Assembly (NCBI GenBank): GCA_030390025.1
Contig: CM059426.1
Span: 207,514,001-207,578,000, forward strand
Origin: Squalus acanthias
Taxonomy: Eukaryota
Reading direction: 5' to 3'
Length of the DNA stretch: 64,000 nucleotides
Shown: positions 11,673-25,041 of the stretch, piece after piece
How the letters are laid out: the number at the start of each line of letters is the position of its first letter
Position numbering within the stretch: position 1 is the stretch's first letter
Position numbers and translations under genes: made by a program
The notes under the pieces: model-generated
The model's input: only the letters and a program-made list of their open reading frames with translations
Database searches by the model: none
Told to the model about the DNA's origin: nothing

Positions 11673-11861
11673 ACAGTCAAGAATCATCCGATTGTTTAAT
11701 GAAGAGCTTCTTTGCTTTGCAATTGGCCATGGGAAGGCGGGGCACCGTGAGGATGGATGTGTTGAGCGGCCAATGGCGGGAGCGTGGAGGCGGGGCGGCT
11801 GGAGGCAGGAGGTCATGTGATGAAACTTCCAAGAATACGGCCAACCAGAGTTGGCAACCCG
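11672..11861 (-). mobile_element. Truncated hAT MITE (TAGGGTTGCCAAC family)
   Basis: Ends GAGTTGGCAACCC; homologous to 26489-26768 and 30858-31226. Confidence 0.7.
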
Positions 11862-13289
11862 ACCCCCACCATGCACCGATCCCGCCCCGAGTTAAAATGG
11901 AGGCCCGTGTCTGTGACGCAACATAGCGCGTCGGTGTAAACATAAGATTTGTTGAAACTCTTCACAAATATGTTGAGGAAAATACACTGAAGTGTGCAAA
12001 GTACATTAGCATAGACTCGAGAAAAAAACCCCACCTCATTCTATTCCTAAACCCACAGATATGAAGCAGAATATTCCAGATAAACTGTAGGTCACAAAGA
12101 GCAGGAGCATCGCTTCTGACTGGCAAAGATCCAAAGAGTTTATATGAAAAGCCAGACAATAAAATCTTCAATGCAGTTCAGTGCTTGAGATAATACGGCA
12201 GATAATAGTGGGAACTGACTGGCAATTAATCAAATGTTGTAAAATGGGAAGTCATAAAATGTTAGATAATAGCAGAAGGTTTTACTCATTGTCAATTTGG
12301 GAAGGGTAGTGCATAAACAATTGTGAAAATGGTAAATTGGATTGAAAAAAAAAATGCTTTGCTGGTCTCCCAACTTTGTCATGAGGAGTGCATTATGGAG
12401 AAGACATATTTATGGATTCTCCAGCATCCTCCGAGAAATCATAAGGGATGTGAAAATACCTTCTCGCACAGGCCCTTTCAACAAAATGCCACATTCTGAC
12501 CTTCATTTAGCATGCAGATAACCTTTAACTGGAAGAGTTCCAGTGTGGTTCGAGTACAAATGACTTACGGCAGCTCTTCAAGATCACATTCAGAGACAGG
12601 CGGCAAGGCTGTCTTCCTGTCCTTCAAGTTGTTTGTTCTTTCAAGATGGCACGCCACAGCAATGGCACGCCACAGAAGCCTGGGAAGTCTTGCAGTAGCT
12701 TTTTAGTTGCAGGTTGCAGATCTGAGACGCCTGAGTTAAAGCCTCGCCGACTGATGAGCAGGCAAGTGATTCGTCACCACGGTATTACAGAAACATTCCA
12801 CTTCCAGGTCAGGGATATACCAGCCTTTGGCGATTTATATTTGAATTCATACGCACCGCCCCTCCCTTCATCGTCACTGGGTCAAAATCCTGGCACCCCC
12901 TACCTAACACTACATGGGAGTACCTTCACCACACGGACTGCAGCGGCTCAAGAAGGTGGCTCCCCATCACTTTCTTGAGGGCAACTAGGGGAGTGCAATA
13001 AATGCTGGCCTTGCCAGTGATGCCCACATCCCAAGAATCAATTTTTTCAAAATTAATTCTCCTTTTTGCCTGTAGATAATTATGACTGCAACGACCAAAG
13101 TATAGCAAAGAATGCAAAAAGATGTTTTAATCCCTTTGCAGTGAGAGGGCTGGAATGTGTATTCAACTTTGTACATAAGGCTTGGGAACAAGATCACTCT
13201 GAAAGCAAAAAAGACAATTTAGAAAACAGAGAGAGTTTAACTTCATCCAAACACCTCGCTCAGGAACAGGGGTTTCCATAGAGAGGAGG

Positions 13290-13642
13290 AGAAGAACTTG
13301 CATTTCTGTAGCGCCTTTCACAACCCCAAGACGTCCCAAAGCAGTTTACGGCAAATGAAGTACTTTTTTGAGGTGTAGTCACTGTTGTACTGTCGGAAAC
13401 GCGGCAGCCCATTTGCGCACTGCAAGATCCCACGAACAGCAATATGATAATGACCAGATAATCTGCTTTTTTCTGTGCTGTTGGGTGACGGAGGAATATT
13501 GGTCAGGACATTGGGAAGAACTCCCCTGCATTTCTTTGAAATAGCGCCGTGGGATCTTTTGCTTCCACCTGAGAGGGCGGACGGGGCCTCGGTTGAACAT
13601 CTCATCCGAAAGACGGCACCTCCGACAGTGCAGCACTCCCTC
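13290..13642 (-). mobile_element. Deu-domain SINE
   Basis: Core and tail match the other copies. Confidence 0.82.
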
Positions 13643-14147
13643 ATAGGCGAGAGTGCTTCCTAGTGAGCCTTAGACGTAACATGGAGAACTCCTGCCGCCC
13701 GATGGGCAATAAAATCCAAGTGATGATTTACTGCTCTTTTCCCACCCCGTGGCCATTTTGACGCAGCTCATTCCTTGGGTGGCTGAGGCGCCTGCCTGAC
13801 TCGGATAGGGGGGGCCTCATGAATAAGCGGGTATCGGCGTATGAGTTATCAGGAAACCCAATACAATTTTAACTGCTTGCTGAGCAGCCTGATGTGCCAT
13901 CGCAGTGTCAATGGTAATCGGTAAAACTCCTCCTCCTCCTCCTCCACTAGGCCACGCAAAGAAAGTTCGGGCTCCCTCCTTCCCACAAAACCCTGCCGAA
14001 CACGCCCCCCCCGCCCCCAACCTCTCCCCCCCGACCCGACCCCGCCAGCCTGGTGATCTTCGATCATCACCCGCCCAAAGCCGGCGAGGTGTCTCTGGAT
14101 GCCTGTTTCAGACGGGCACCCAGCCAGCAGAATGTTAATGAAATACA

Positions 14148-14390
14148 ATAGCAAAATACTGCAGATGCTGGAAATCTGAAATAACAACAGAAAATGCTGG
14201 AAACACTCAGCGGGCCAGGCGGCATCGAGGAGAGAGAAACAGAGTCAACGTTTCAGGTCTGGGGGACCCTTCATCAGAACTGGAGAAGGCTAGAGATGTA
14301 ACAGATTTTAAGCAGGTGCAGAGGCAAGGAAAGGGGGAGGGGAGGAAGGAACATTCTGTGCTAGGGTAGGAGGCAGGAGAGATAAAATGC
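14148..14390 (-). mobile_element. Penelope-like terminal repeat (pLTR) fragment
   Basis: AGCAAAATACTGCAGATGCTGGAAATCTGAAATAACAACAGAAAATGCTGG matches the end of the element at 45962-47666. Confidence 0.85.
14243..14281 (-). ncRNA. Minimal type I hammerhead ribozyme (Penelope-associated)
   Basis: Minus strand AGTT-CTGATGA-AGGGTCCCCCAGACCT-GAAAC-GTT-GACT: canonical CUGAUGA/GAAA core, stem II GGTC/GACC, stem I AGTT/GACT. Confidence 0.75.
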
Positions 14391-14979
14391 TGCAAATGGG
14401 GATGGCAAAATCATAAACAGCCTGAAAAAATGTTAAAAAATGAAAAAAAAATTGTTAATGAAGCCTGGCTATTAAAATAGACCGGGCCTCCCAGTGCAGC
14501 TCCCTGGTCAAATAGCCATACCTTCTGCTGCATTCCACGCGGGGGTTAAAAACGCCCCCCTATTGTTCACTGTAACACCGTGTATTAATGATTATTCACT
14601 CTGAAGCAGATCGAACAGATTCCAGGTATAACACTGCATGACGAGCAAATTCAATCTAGAAATGATGAAATAGATTTAGAATTGAATCATTTTTCACGAA
14701 TGTAAACAGTAATGTTAGATACAGAAAGATAGTCCGTCTGAAATGGATTAAATAGATTCAGAGGCGAAGGTCTAATTCATCACAAACGAGTTATCAGTTT
14801 GGATGGCATTACATCCTCAACCGGTGATCGATTTGTTAAATAAATACTCCAGGGTGAATTTACATTGAGGACTAAAACGTCTATGGAGGCAGCAAAATAA
14901 AATGTTGTACAGAATGAGGTACAAACACGATCGCCTGACTGTCGTGTTTGCCACTGTTCCCATCGTAACAGCTAAAGTG

Positions 14980-16185
14980 GAACGTAGGAACAGGAGGAGG
15001 CCATTCAGCCCGTCGAGCCTGTTCCGCCATTCAATTAGATCATGGCCAACCTTCATCCTAAAGTGCGCGGCTGCGCATCAATCGCTGCTGCCACTGGAAG
15101 GGATACTGCGCATGCGTGATCGTGCAGCAAATTTAAAGGGCCCGCGCAGGGAAAAAAAAAATCAGAGGGAACATTGATCGTGGCTGATCTGTATCTTAAC
15201 TCCATCCACCCGTCTTGGCTCCATGTCCCTTCAGACTCTTGGATAGCAAAGATTTATCGATCTCAGATTTAAAATTATTAATTGAGCTAGCATCTACTGC
15301 TATTTGTGGGAGAGAGTTCCACACTTCTACCACCCTTTGCGTGAAGAAGTGTTTCCTAACTTCACTCCTGTATGGCCCGGCTCTGGTTTTAAGGTCATGT
15401 CCCCCTTGTCCTAGACTCCCCCACCAGCAGAAAAATATTCTCTCTATCTACCCTATCAATTCCTTTCAAAATCCTAAAAACCTCAATCAAATCACCCCTT
15501 AGCCTTCTATATTCCAGGGGAGACAAGCCTAGTTTATGTAATCTCTCCTCAATATCTAACCCTTGGAGTCTTGGTAACGTTCTGGTGAAGATGCGCTGTA
15601 CATCTTCCAAGGTCAATATATCCTTTCTAAGATGAGGTGCCCAGAACTGTATGCAGTACTCCAGATGTGGTCTAATCAAGGCTTTGTATAGCTGTCGCAC
15701 AACTTCCTCCCATTTATATTCTAGCCCTCAAGGCTAGCCTTTTTGATTATTTTTTTATCTGACTAATACATTTTAGTGATCTGTGTACATGGACTCCTAA
15801 ATCTTTTTGGACCTCTGCTGTTCCTAGCTTTTCACCATTTAAAAAAATACTCGGATCTATCCTTTTTTCGTCAAAAATAGATGACCTCACACTTACCTCT
15901 GTTGAAATCCATCTGCCACAGTTTTGCCCACTCACTTAATCTATCAATGTCTGTTGGTAACTTTATGTTCTGTCTACACTACTGACTATGCCACCAATCT
16001 TTGTGTCATTGACAAACTTGGATATATGGTTCTCCATATCTAAGTCATTAATAAATATAGTGAATAGTTGAGGTCCCAGCACAAATCCTTGAGGGACGCC
16101 AGTCGTCACTTCCATCAAATTCGAGTACATACCAACTGTCCCTACTCTCTGTCTTGTACCGCCTAACCAATCGCCTAACCAGGCC
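14980..16185 (-). mobile_element. Older CR1 LINE 3' portion
   Basis: Minus-strand LYKALIRPHLEYCIQFWAPHLRKDI...RRLRGDLIEVFRIL. Confidence 0.85.
15047..15176. mobile_element. hAT-type MITE (130 bp), related to 7685-7812
   Basis: Right TIR TCAGAGGGAACATTG; 8-bp TSD ATCATGGC / ATCGTGGC. Confidence 0.78.
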
Positions 16186-16374
16186 AGTAATAGCTAACAG
16201 AAGGAGGCAGGACTGACTGATCAAGTTTTCAAACGCTTCATTTTTAAATAAACAATTACTTTTAAAAAGAAAAACTCAGACAAATAGAAGACAAAATATT
16301 GGTGTGCAAGTTCTTAAGTCTGTTGTGTGTGCAACAGAAGTGTAGAGAAATCACACTTTGATGGTACACAGATG

Positions 16375-16819
16375 AAGAAATACTTGCATTTCTATAGCGC
16401 CTTTCATAACCTCAGGAAATCCCAAAGTGCTTTTACAGCCAATGGCGTACTTTTGAAGTGAAGTCACTGTTGCAATGTAGGAAAAGCAGTAGTTAATTTG
16501 CACAATGTGGTAATGACCAGATCATCTGTCTCTAGTGATGCTGGTTGAGGGATAAATATTGGCCAGGACACCAGAGAGAACTCCCTTGCTCCTCTTCAAA
16601 TTGTTCCCATGGGATCTTTTTCGTCCACCTCCGAGGCCAGACGGGGGCCTCGGTTTAACGTCTCATTCGAAAGGCGACAGCTCCGACAGTGCAGCGCTCC
16701 CTCAGTACTCCACTGAAGTGTCAGCCTGGATGACGTGCTCAAGTCTCTTGAGTGGGACTATGAACCCGCAGCGTCCATGACTCAAAGGCACGAGTGCCAT
16801 CACTGAGCCAAGTCTGACA
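16375..16819 (-). mobile_element. Deu-domain SINE
   Basis: Tail, core and head match the family. Confidence 0.8.
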
Positions 16820-17631
16820 CGTCTGATATGGGACAAAATTCATTTTTTATATTGAGTAAAGCCATAAAAGACTTGGCGCCCTTCATGACTTCAGGACGTC
16901 CCAAAGTGCTCTCCAGCCTATGAAGTACTTTTGAAGTGTAGTCACTTGCTGTAACCAAGCAGAGAAAGGGGTACTGCGCAGTCCCAGCTGAATTACCAGA
17001 CCAGAATAATGTCACCAGAGCATGTTTTCAAGCTGTGACATTTCAAAATTCTTTTGTGCAAATGGTGCGGCATTAAAGAGAGAAGGGACAGACTGCTTTT
17101 GGGTGTTTGATAACCTCATATCATGCCCTTCATCTACTTCATGTCCCTAACTGAATTCTGAAGGGAAAGCTCGGCACTTAGAAAGAATAATAAAACAAAT
17201 TGCAGTCGTTTTTTTTTGATAGTGTCTGGGAGAATCCATCCTATAACGAGTGACAGTGCATTGTATTTACCTAGATGCATCGCTCACCTGAACAGCTGAT
17301 AAAATTCTATGTTTACAGAGACTGATTTGTTCTGAATCTATTCTCGCTGCTGGTTATGTTAGATGCAACACAGCTGGAAACTTTCCAATTTAGCTGATAA
17401 GAATTTTTAGCTTTTTAGTCAAAACTATACTGCGTTTAATCTCATTGGAGTCAATAGCTGATAAGTGAATGTTTCTTTGAAGTGAATGGAAATTGAACAT
17501 GAATACTGATGGCAGCAAAGAACAAACTCAGGCTTTGAATAACAACCTACAGCACTTCTCCCAGGTGAACCTTAATAAAGAGCCTTCGTGACCTACCAAA
17601 GGGAGACTAGATTTTATATCAAAGTGAGATA

Positions 17632-18363
17632 TATGAACGTAAGAGCAGGATGAGGCCATTCAGTGCCCCGAGCCTGTTCCACCATTCAATTAGATCGTGG
17701 CTGATCTGTATCTTAATTCCACCCACCTGCCTTGGCTCCATATCCTTTTATACTCTTGTCTAGCAAAAATCTATCAATTTCAGATTTAAAATTAGTAATT
17801 GAGCTAGCATCTACTGCTTTCTGTGGGAAGAGAGTTACACACTTCTACCACCCTTTGCATAGAAGCATAGAAGATAAGAGCAGGAGTAGGCCATTCGGCC
17901 CCTTGAGCCTGCTCCGCCATTTAATGAGATCATGGCTGATCATCCAAATTCAGTGCCCTGTCCCTGCTTTCTCCCCACATCCCTTGATCCCTTTAGCCTT
18001 AAGAAATATATCTATCTCCTTATTGAATATATTTAATAAATTGGCCTCAACTGCCTTCTGTGGTAGAGAATTCCACATGTTCACCACTCTCTGGGTAAAG
18101 AAATTCCTCCTCATCTCAGTCCTAAATGGCTTACCCCTTATCCTGTGTGCAGAAGTGTTTCCAAGCTTCTCTCCTGAATGGCCTGGCTCTGATTTTAAGG
18201 TTATGTCCCCTTGTCCTAGATTCAACCCCACCACCAGCGGAAAAAGTTTCTCTCTATCTACACTACCAATTCCTTTCAAAATCCTAAAAACCTCAATCAA
18301 ATCACCCCTTAACCTTTTATATTCCAGGGAATGCAAGCCTAGTTTATGTAATCTCCCCTCATA
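17632..18363 (-). mobile_element. Older CR1 3' end with a younger CR1 3' end nested at about 17858-18143
   Basis: The younger piece matches 27557-27850; the older sequence resumes at AGAAGTGTTTCC. Confidence 0.8.
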
Positions 18364-19234
18364 ATGAAGTCTTCTCCACTATCATTCTCAGGAAAACAAA
18401 ACACATGTCCTGGCCAATATTTATCCCTCAATCAACATAACAAAAAAAAACCTGATTATCTGGTCATTATCACATTGCTGTTTGTGGGAGCTTGCTGTGT
18501 GCAAATTGGCTGCCGCCTTTCCTACATTACAACATTAAAAGAGAGGTAGGAGTTTAGAGAGGAGAGATGATCATATCACAGGTGTCCTGTTTCTAGAAGT
18601 GTTAGAAAAGCCTTCCCAGATATGGGAGCAGTATTCAAGTCTTGTTTAGACTTGGATTTTATGGAGAATTGAGAGTTGTTATGTGCCCGCACTCCCTCAT
18701 TTTCTTTCATATGGTGCATTCCTCATGTCAGTAATGCCAGTGTTGGTAGGTGCAGAGCTGAGGCCAGATACTTGTGTCAGGGAGAGAGTAAAGACTGGAG
18801 CGAATCACCTCAGGCTGCATCGGTATCAATGACAGAGGCCACGAGGGCACTTCATGGCAGTTTGCCTTTCTATGTGGGGGTGTGGGGAACGGTTAGAATT
18901 AAAGGGGAGGAGAAAATAAAATAACAAACACCGAAAAAAAAACAATGTGTAATTCTAAAATCCAAAATCATCGAAAACCTCAGGAGGAAAAGAGAGTTAA
19001 AATTTCTAATCGCAGTGGTGAAAGGGAAGCATGGTCACTATCCTGAGGCTGAGGTGACAGTCCCATCACACTGGTGGCATAAGCTGGGCGATCTGAGTAG
19101 AAGCTCACTTTGGCTTCTCGGGCAGTTCACATAATCAGAATGGCTCAATCTTCCTTCACGTCCGCCCTTTCATTGTTGTTACCGTTGAAGTAGTCAACTG
19201 TAGAACGGTGGGAACATAGGTTGCCGACCCAAAC

Positions 19235-19588
19235 CTTCCCTCCCTATCCCTGTAACCTCTTCCAGCCCGACAACGCTCCCACATCTCTGCGCTCCTCCAA
19301 TTCTGGCCTCTTGTGCGTCCTTGAGTTCCTTCGCTCTGCCGTTGGCGGCCGCGCCTTCAGCTGTCTAGGCTCTAAATTCTGGGAATTCCCTCCCTAAACC
19401 GCTCCGCCTCTCCCTCCTCCTTCAAGACCCTCCTTAAAACCCACCTCTTTGACCAAGCATTTGGTCACCTGTCCCAATGTCTCCGTCTCTGTCTCAGTGT
19501 CAATATTTGTCTGATTATGCTGCTGTGAAGCAGCTTGGGAGATTTACTCCTTTAAAGGGGTTATATAAATGCAAGTTGTTGCTGCTGT
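19235..19588 (+). mobile_element. L2-clade LINE 3' end
   Basis: TATATAAATGCAAGTTGTTG tail on the + strand. Confidence 0.8.
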
Positions 19589-20137
19589 GCTCAGCAGTAG
19601 GGCAGTAGGTCACATGCTTGCGCCCACAGTTTGTCACACGTTGAACCTCTGATCGCTGCAGAGCAAACGAGGTTAAACATGTAATGTGCCAAGCACTCCC
19701 TCACAGGGAGAGAGGAAAAGTGGAAGAGTGAATCGATTTGCTCTGTTGTTATGTGTGTGTGTGCAACCTCCCAGCGCAAGGGCTGGGAGTGAGCCACAAA
19801 CCCGCTCGCTTGGTCAGGAATAGAACGTTGCATTCAGAAGATATAAAAGGGAGAGAAAATATATATTTTTTTTTTAAATGATTCATTATGTTCCTAGGAT
19901 TTTCAAAAAAGAGAATTGCTTTAATGCACTTCCTGATAAGTGGGTTCTTTGCTTTTGCTTTTGCAGCTCATTCACTCTGAATCGGGATCAGGTTAGAGCT
20001 GCCACTAATGGACATCTCACTATAATCAGACTGGAGTAGGTTGCAGTCTCTTCCAGCTCATATTACTGAGGTGGTGCTCCCTCCTTTTTAAGTCTCCCTG
20101 AATATCAGTGAGGCTCCATGCAACTGCTCACAACGCA

Positions 20138-20650
20138 TCAACAACAACAACTTGTATTTATACAGCGCCTTTAACGTCGTAAAACGTCCCAAGGTGCTTC
20201 ACAGGAGCGATTATCAAACAAGATTTGACTCCGAGTCACTTAAGGAGATAGGGCAGAAAGCTCGGTCAAAGAGATAGTTTTTAAGGAGCGTCTTAGAGGA
20301 GGAGAGAGGCGGAGAGGTTTAGGGAGAGAATTCCAGAGCTTAGGGCCTAGACTGCTGAAGGCACGGTCGCCAATGGTAGAGCGATTAAAACCGGGGCTGC
20401 CCAAGAGACCAGATTTGGAGGAGCGCAGAGATCTCGGAGGGTTGTATGGCTGATGGAGGTTAAAGAGATAGGGAGGGGTGAGGCCCTGGAGGGATTTGAA
20501 AATGGGGATGAGGGTTTTAAATTCGAGGCATTGCCGGAGTGGCAGCCAGAGTGGGACCCAATGTAGGTCAGCCAGCACAGGAGTGACGGGTGAACGGGAC
20601 TTGGTGGGAGTTAGGATACAAGCAGCAGAGATTCGGATGGGCTCCAGTTT
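20138..20650 (-). mobile_element. L2-clade LINE 3' end
   Basis: Minus-strand PVTPVLADLHW...RAFSSLGPKLWNSLP. Confidence 0.85.
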
Positions 20651-22208
20651 ATGCACTCTCACAGGAATTTAGAAAGCAATTGATTACCAATTAAGAAACA
20701 AACCTTCCTGGAAAATCACAGCTAGTTCACACGCACGCCGTTATCAAAGCGCAAATCGGCCCGGCGAGCAAGTTCAAGCGAAGAAGTGATAGGGCGTGAG
20801 TCGCGAATCTCTGGTCGACTTGCGCTGCCCCGCTGTTACCTTTGCACAAATGGCCTCTCGCCCTTAGCCTCCCCGTTATTATTAAGAAATTGCAGGATTA
20901 TTATTATTATTATTGCGCAATAATTGACAATTAAACTCACCGCAGAAGGTTGGTGCTCATAACTAATAGCGCAACTGCCCTTTTAATGACGTGATAACGC
21001 AATGCCAATCAACCTCTCCGGCCCAGAAAGGGAACAAATTATATACGAGCTGAAAGGGTGCAGGAAAAATTCCAATGAACGGCGCTCACCGCGAGATGCC
21101 CCACACCAGGAAGATTTGCTCCACTGAAGCACTGGCACAGCAAAACAGCCTAAAATCAGCCAGAAATAACTGCAAATCGTTGGACATTGTCCAAAACTGA
21201 AATCTGCTCATGTTGCGTACGCTGTATAGTGAAGCACTTGTGATAGCATAGAACCACCCTGGGAAAAGGTCTCAGCTCTACATCAAGCCGAAAGGATCAT
21301 TTACTCCTAATTGTGTTCTGTCACCCTCTTCATTGAGTAACCGGTCTGTTGGGAAAAATAGAAACAATAATTATCTTTTGTCAAAGGCAGCAAACCTTGT
21401 AATTGAGAAATAGCTTTAGGAAGACGAGTTCAAGGCTGCTATGACTTCCCCCTCGGCCCCAGTGTACATCTCTTTCAGATTAACAACACAATCCTGTGTT
21501 TGACATGCTGCTACCAACCATGTACCAAGAATTGGTATGGTAGACTAGTGGTTATGTTACTGGACAAGCTAATCCAACAGGTTTGTACTAATAATTCAGA
21601 GAACGTGAGTTCAAATCCTGCTGTGGCAGTTTGAGAATTCGAATTCAGTTTTTATAAAAAGCTGCTATCACATCTTGAGAATGAATAGGGGTCATAAATA
21701 TAAGATGGTTACTAATAAATCCAACAAATCAACTTCTTTACCCAGAGAGTGCTTAGAATGTGGAACTTGCTTGGAGCGGTTGAGGCGACTAGCGTAGATG
21801 CCTTTAAGGGGAAGCTCGGTAAGTACAGGAGGGAGAAAGGGATAGAAGGATATGCAGATAGAGTTAGATGTAGTAGGGTGGGAGGAGGCTCGTGTGAAGC
21901 ATAAACACTGGCATAGATCAGTTGGTCCGAATGGCTTGATTCTGTGCTGTAAATTCTGTGTAATTCTATGAATAAAGCTGGTTTATTGACATGGTATGGA
22001 AAGCTGCATTATAGAATGTAGCTAAACTTCCAGAAAGCCTTTGACAAAGTTTTGCACACAAGGCTGGCACATAATTTTGAAGTTGTAGGATTTCAAGATA
22101 AAACTATGTAGAAATTGGCTGAAGGGTAGGAATCAGTGGGTGAATGGATTCATAAATTCAATGTCAATTGGTCAGATGTGCAGACAATACTGAACTGACT
22201 AGAGGGAC

Positions 22209-22620
22209 TTTTTAATTCATTCACGGGATGTGCGCATCGCTGGCAACGCCAGCATTTATTGCCCATCCCTAATTTCTCTTGGGAGAAGGTGGTGGTGAGC
22301 CGCCTTCTTGAACCGCTGCAGTCCGTGTGGTGAAGGTACTCCCACGGTGCTGTTAGGGAGGGAGTTCCAGGATTTTGACCCAGCGACAATGAAGGAATGG
22401 ACGATATATTTCCAAGTCAGGATGGTGTGTGACTTGGAGGTGGAACTTGGAGGTGGTGGTGTTCCCAGGCGCCTGTTGCCCTTGTCCTTCTAGGTGGTAG
22501 AGGTCGCGGGTTTGGGAGGTGCTGCTGAAGAAGCCTTGGCGAGTTGTTGCGGTGCATCTTGTAGATGGTACACACACTGCAGCCACGGTGCACATGTTTA
22601 GGGTGTTAGATGTGATGCTA
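22209..22620 (-). mobile_element. LINE 3' end whose tail is shared with the SINE at 54997
   Basis: Reverse complement of CACCACCTTCTC...TAGGGATGGGCAATAAATGCTGG...CATCCCGTGAATGAAT. Confidence 0.75.
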
Positions 22621-22939
22621 CCATAAAAAGTAACTTCTACACGGTCATGAGAATGCAGTGCTATCTTGACATGTTGTGATGTTTTGTCAAAGTCTTCCTC
22701 AGGAGTATTTTACTGATGTGTCTTCAGGGAGCATAAAAAAAATCTCAAAGGTGCGTAGCAAAGCACCAAATCCACACATTTCAATGTTGAAGGAACTGCC
22801 TGTCCCAACTGCCATCATTAAAGTATTAATCTCCAGAGCTTGTCTGAGAAATCTTAACTGATAGTAAATTTGTAAAACATGTTATTTGGTTGACTAGAGC
22901 ATTGCTTTGTACTGCCATTTTGGAATTGGAATCTCCAAT

Positions 22940-23410
22940 GTCAGCCGTGGCTCAGTGGGCAGCACTCTCGCCTCTAAGTCAGAAGGTTGTGGGTTCAAGA
23001 CCCACTCCAGAGACTTGTGCACATAAATCTAGGCTGACACTCCAGTGCAATACTGAGGGAGTGCTACTTTGTCGGAGGTGCCGTCTTTCAGATGAGATAT
23101 TAAACCGAGGCCCCGTCTGCCCTCTCAGGTGGATGTAAAAGATCCCATGGCACTATTTCGAAGAAGAGCAAGGGAGTTCTCCTCAGTGTCTTGGCCAATA
23201 TTTATCCCTCCATCAACATCACTAAAAACAGATTATCTGGTCATTATCACATTGCTGTTTGTGGGAGCTTGCTGTGTGCAGATTGGCTGCCGCGTTTCCT
23301 ACATTACAACAGTGGCTACGCTTCAAAAAGTACTTCAATGGCTGTAAAGCGCTTTGGGACGTCCAGTGGTCATGAAAGGCGCTATAGAAATGCAAGTCTG
23401 TCTCTCTTTC
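22940..23410 (+). mobile_element. Full-length tRNA-headed Deu-domain SINE (SacSINE1-like)
   Basis: Pol III A box TGGCTCAGTGG, B box GGTTCAAGACC, Deu core GATGAGATATTAAACCGAGG...AAAGATCCCATGGCAC, L2-like tail. Confidence 0.88.
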
Positions 23411-24987
23411 AATGTGCCTAGACGATCCACCATGCAGTTGGGGTAAGCTGTATTTTTATTTGAAACAGAGATTTGTAATCTCGCTTCAGGATTGGATCTG
23501 ACTGCAGTAAAATTGTAAGGACCAGCAATCCAGTGCTGTGGACTTGTTCCACAATCAGGCCACGTTTCTGACTTTAGGCTCCATTAAAGTGGCTCTTGCC
23601 TTTGCCAGAAATCATCCACATTTGTATCTTCAGCCCTATCTGAAATAATCAACATCGAGGGTGGCTTTAAAATGGGACGAACATTGATTTATATATTGCA
23701 CAGTTCCAAAGCATGGGCAAAATTTCATTCGCCTTAGAAATGTTGAAGTTAAATCTACGAAAGAACAAAGAAAGCGCACTTAACTAAACATAGAATAGAT
23801 AGCCACTATTGCACAAAGCCCAATAGATCAGATAAGATCAGAATGTAATCTCGTGTTGACAAGCAAACCCAGAAAGTAACGATGCTTTTTATTGATGGTT
23901 TGAGCACACCGAGCAACCGAGAGTCTTTAACAGAAGTTGGAGTGTTTCTTTATAATCTAGTGCCGATGCAGCTGAAAGCTCGCTGCCTCAGCATAAAGAC
24001 AGCTTTCAGCTTCAATAAATACGCGGCCTGTTGTGTTGGCTCACTGGTGCAGGCTACAGGTACAATATATGTAGTATGATACCTTTCATTGGGACTGGCT
24101 TGACGGTTGCAAAGCTTTCAGAATCTCGTGAGACCTCGGGTGATCTCAGCGGGCATCAACTCTGCGTTCGGTAGAGAGAGAGAGGAATTAAGAGGGTGGT
24201 AACGCGTCCGACGTGATGGGGGGAGACGAAGTAAATGGAGTGGGAGGAGACTGGTGTGGAGCATAAACACCGGCGTGGGCCACCAGACGGGCCGAATGGC
24301 TGTAAATTCTACGTCATTCTCGGGACGTTTTGCTTCGTTAAAGGCGCTATATAAATGCGCGTTGTTGTTGAAATGCAAGGCAATGTGAGCGGTTTGTAGG
24401 TGGCAACTTTCAGATATTTGAAACGGGCCACTTTCGCCAACAAGCTACAAGTTGGAAAGAGAGCAGCAACGTTCCCAAGTTACCGCTATCCCTGTTGCAA
24501 GCGATAGTTGTCACAGCTAAGAACGAGAACGTTAAGCCGAACCATGGCGCAAGTGGTATTTCTGCTGGGTTTTCGGAAGCGGTGCCGCTTGAATAGTTGC
24601 CTCTTTTTTATTTTGGTGATGTCTGAAGATAAGAACATAAAATGCTGTCCATTCAGCTCTTACTGTGTGTCAGCTGGCTTTCGAGTTGGAACGCCTTCAG
24701 TGGTGTTTTAAAAATAAAAACCGACTGCCAACGTTGGAGATAAAAAAAAAAGCACTGAAGAGCTGCTTGTATTTTCTCAGTCAATGAATAAAGGGATTCC
24801 TTTTTTAACGCAAACACTTTGGGGGGGTGGTGGGGGTGGGGGAAAGGAAACAAAATGTTGGAGATTTGTTGGAGCGGCGAAACACTGAGGCACCGCAGTG
24901 GGCCTTCCAGCTCTGGCTGCATGTATCAAATGGCATTTGTATGGAATGAGTATATGAGTGACAGACTTGGTCCTTTCCACTCCACAG

Positions 24988-25041
24988 GTCGTTGACTCCA
25001 ATCTAGTGGCTTTTGACTGTCACTGGATCTTCATAAATGAG
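24988..25041 (+). CDS. GRID2: GluD2-like internal exon, equivalent to GRID2 exon 5
   Basis: ctttccactccacAG|GTCGTT...AATGAG|GTaatt; 54 nt; VVDSNLVAFDCHWIFINE (human GluD2 recalled as VVETNLVAFDCHWIIINE). Confidence 0.93.

Noticed and set aside
22940-23020. tRNA gene
   Set aside because: The A/B boxes belong to a SINE head that continues into the Deu core; there is no complete cloverleaf.
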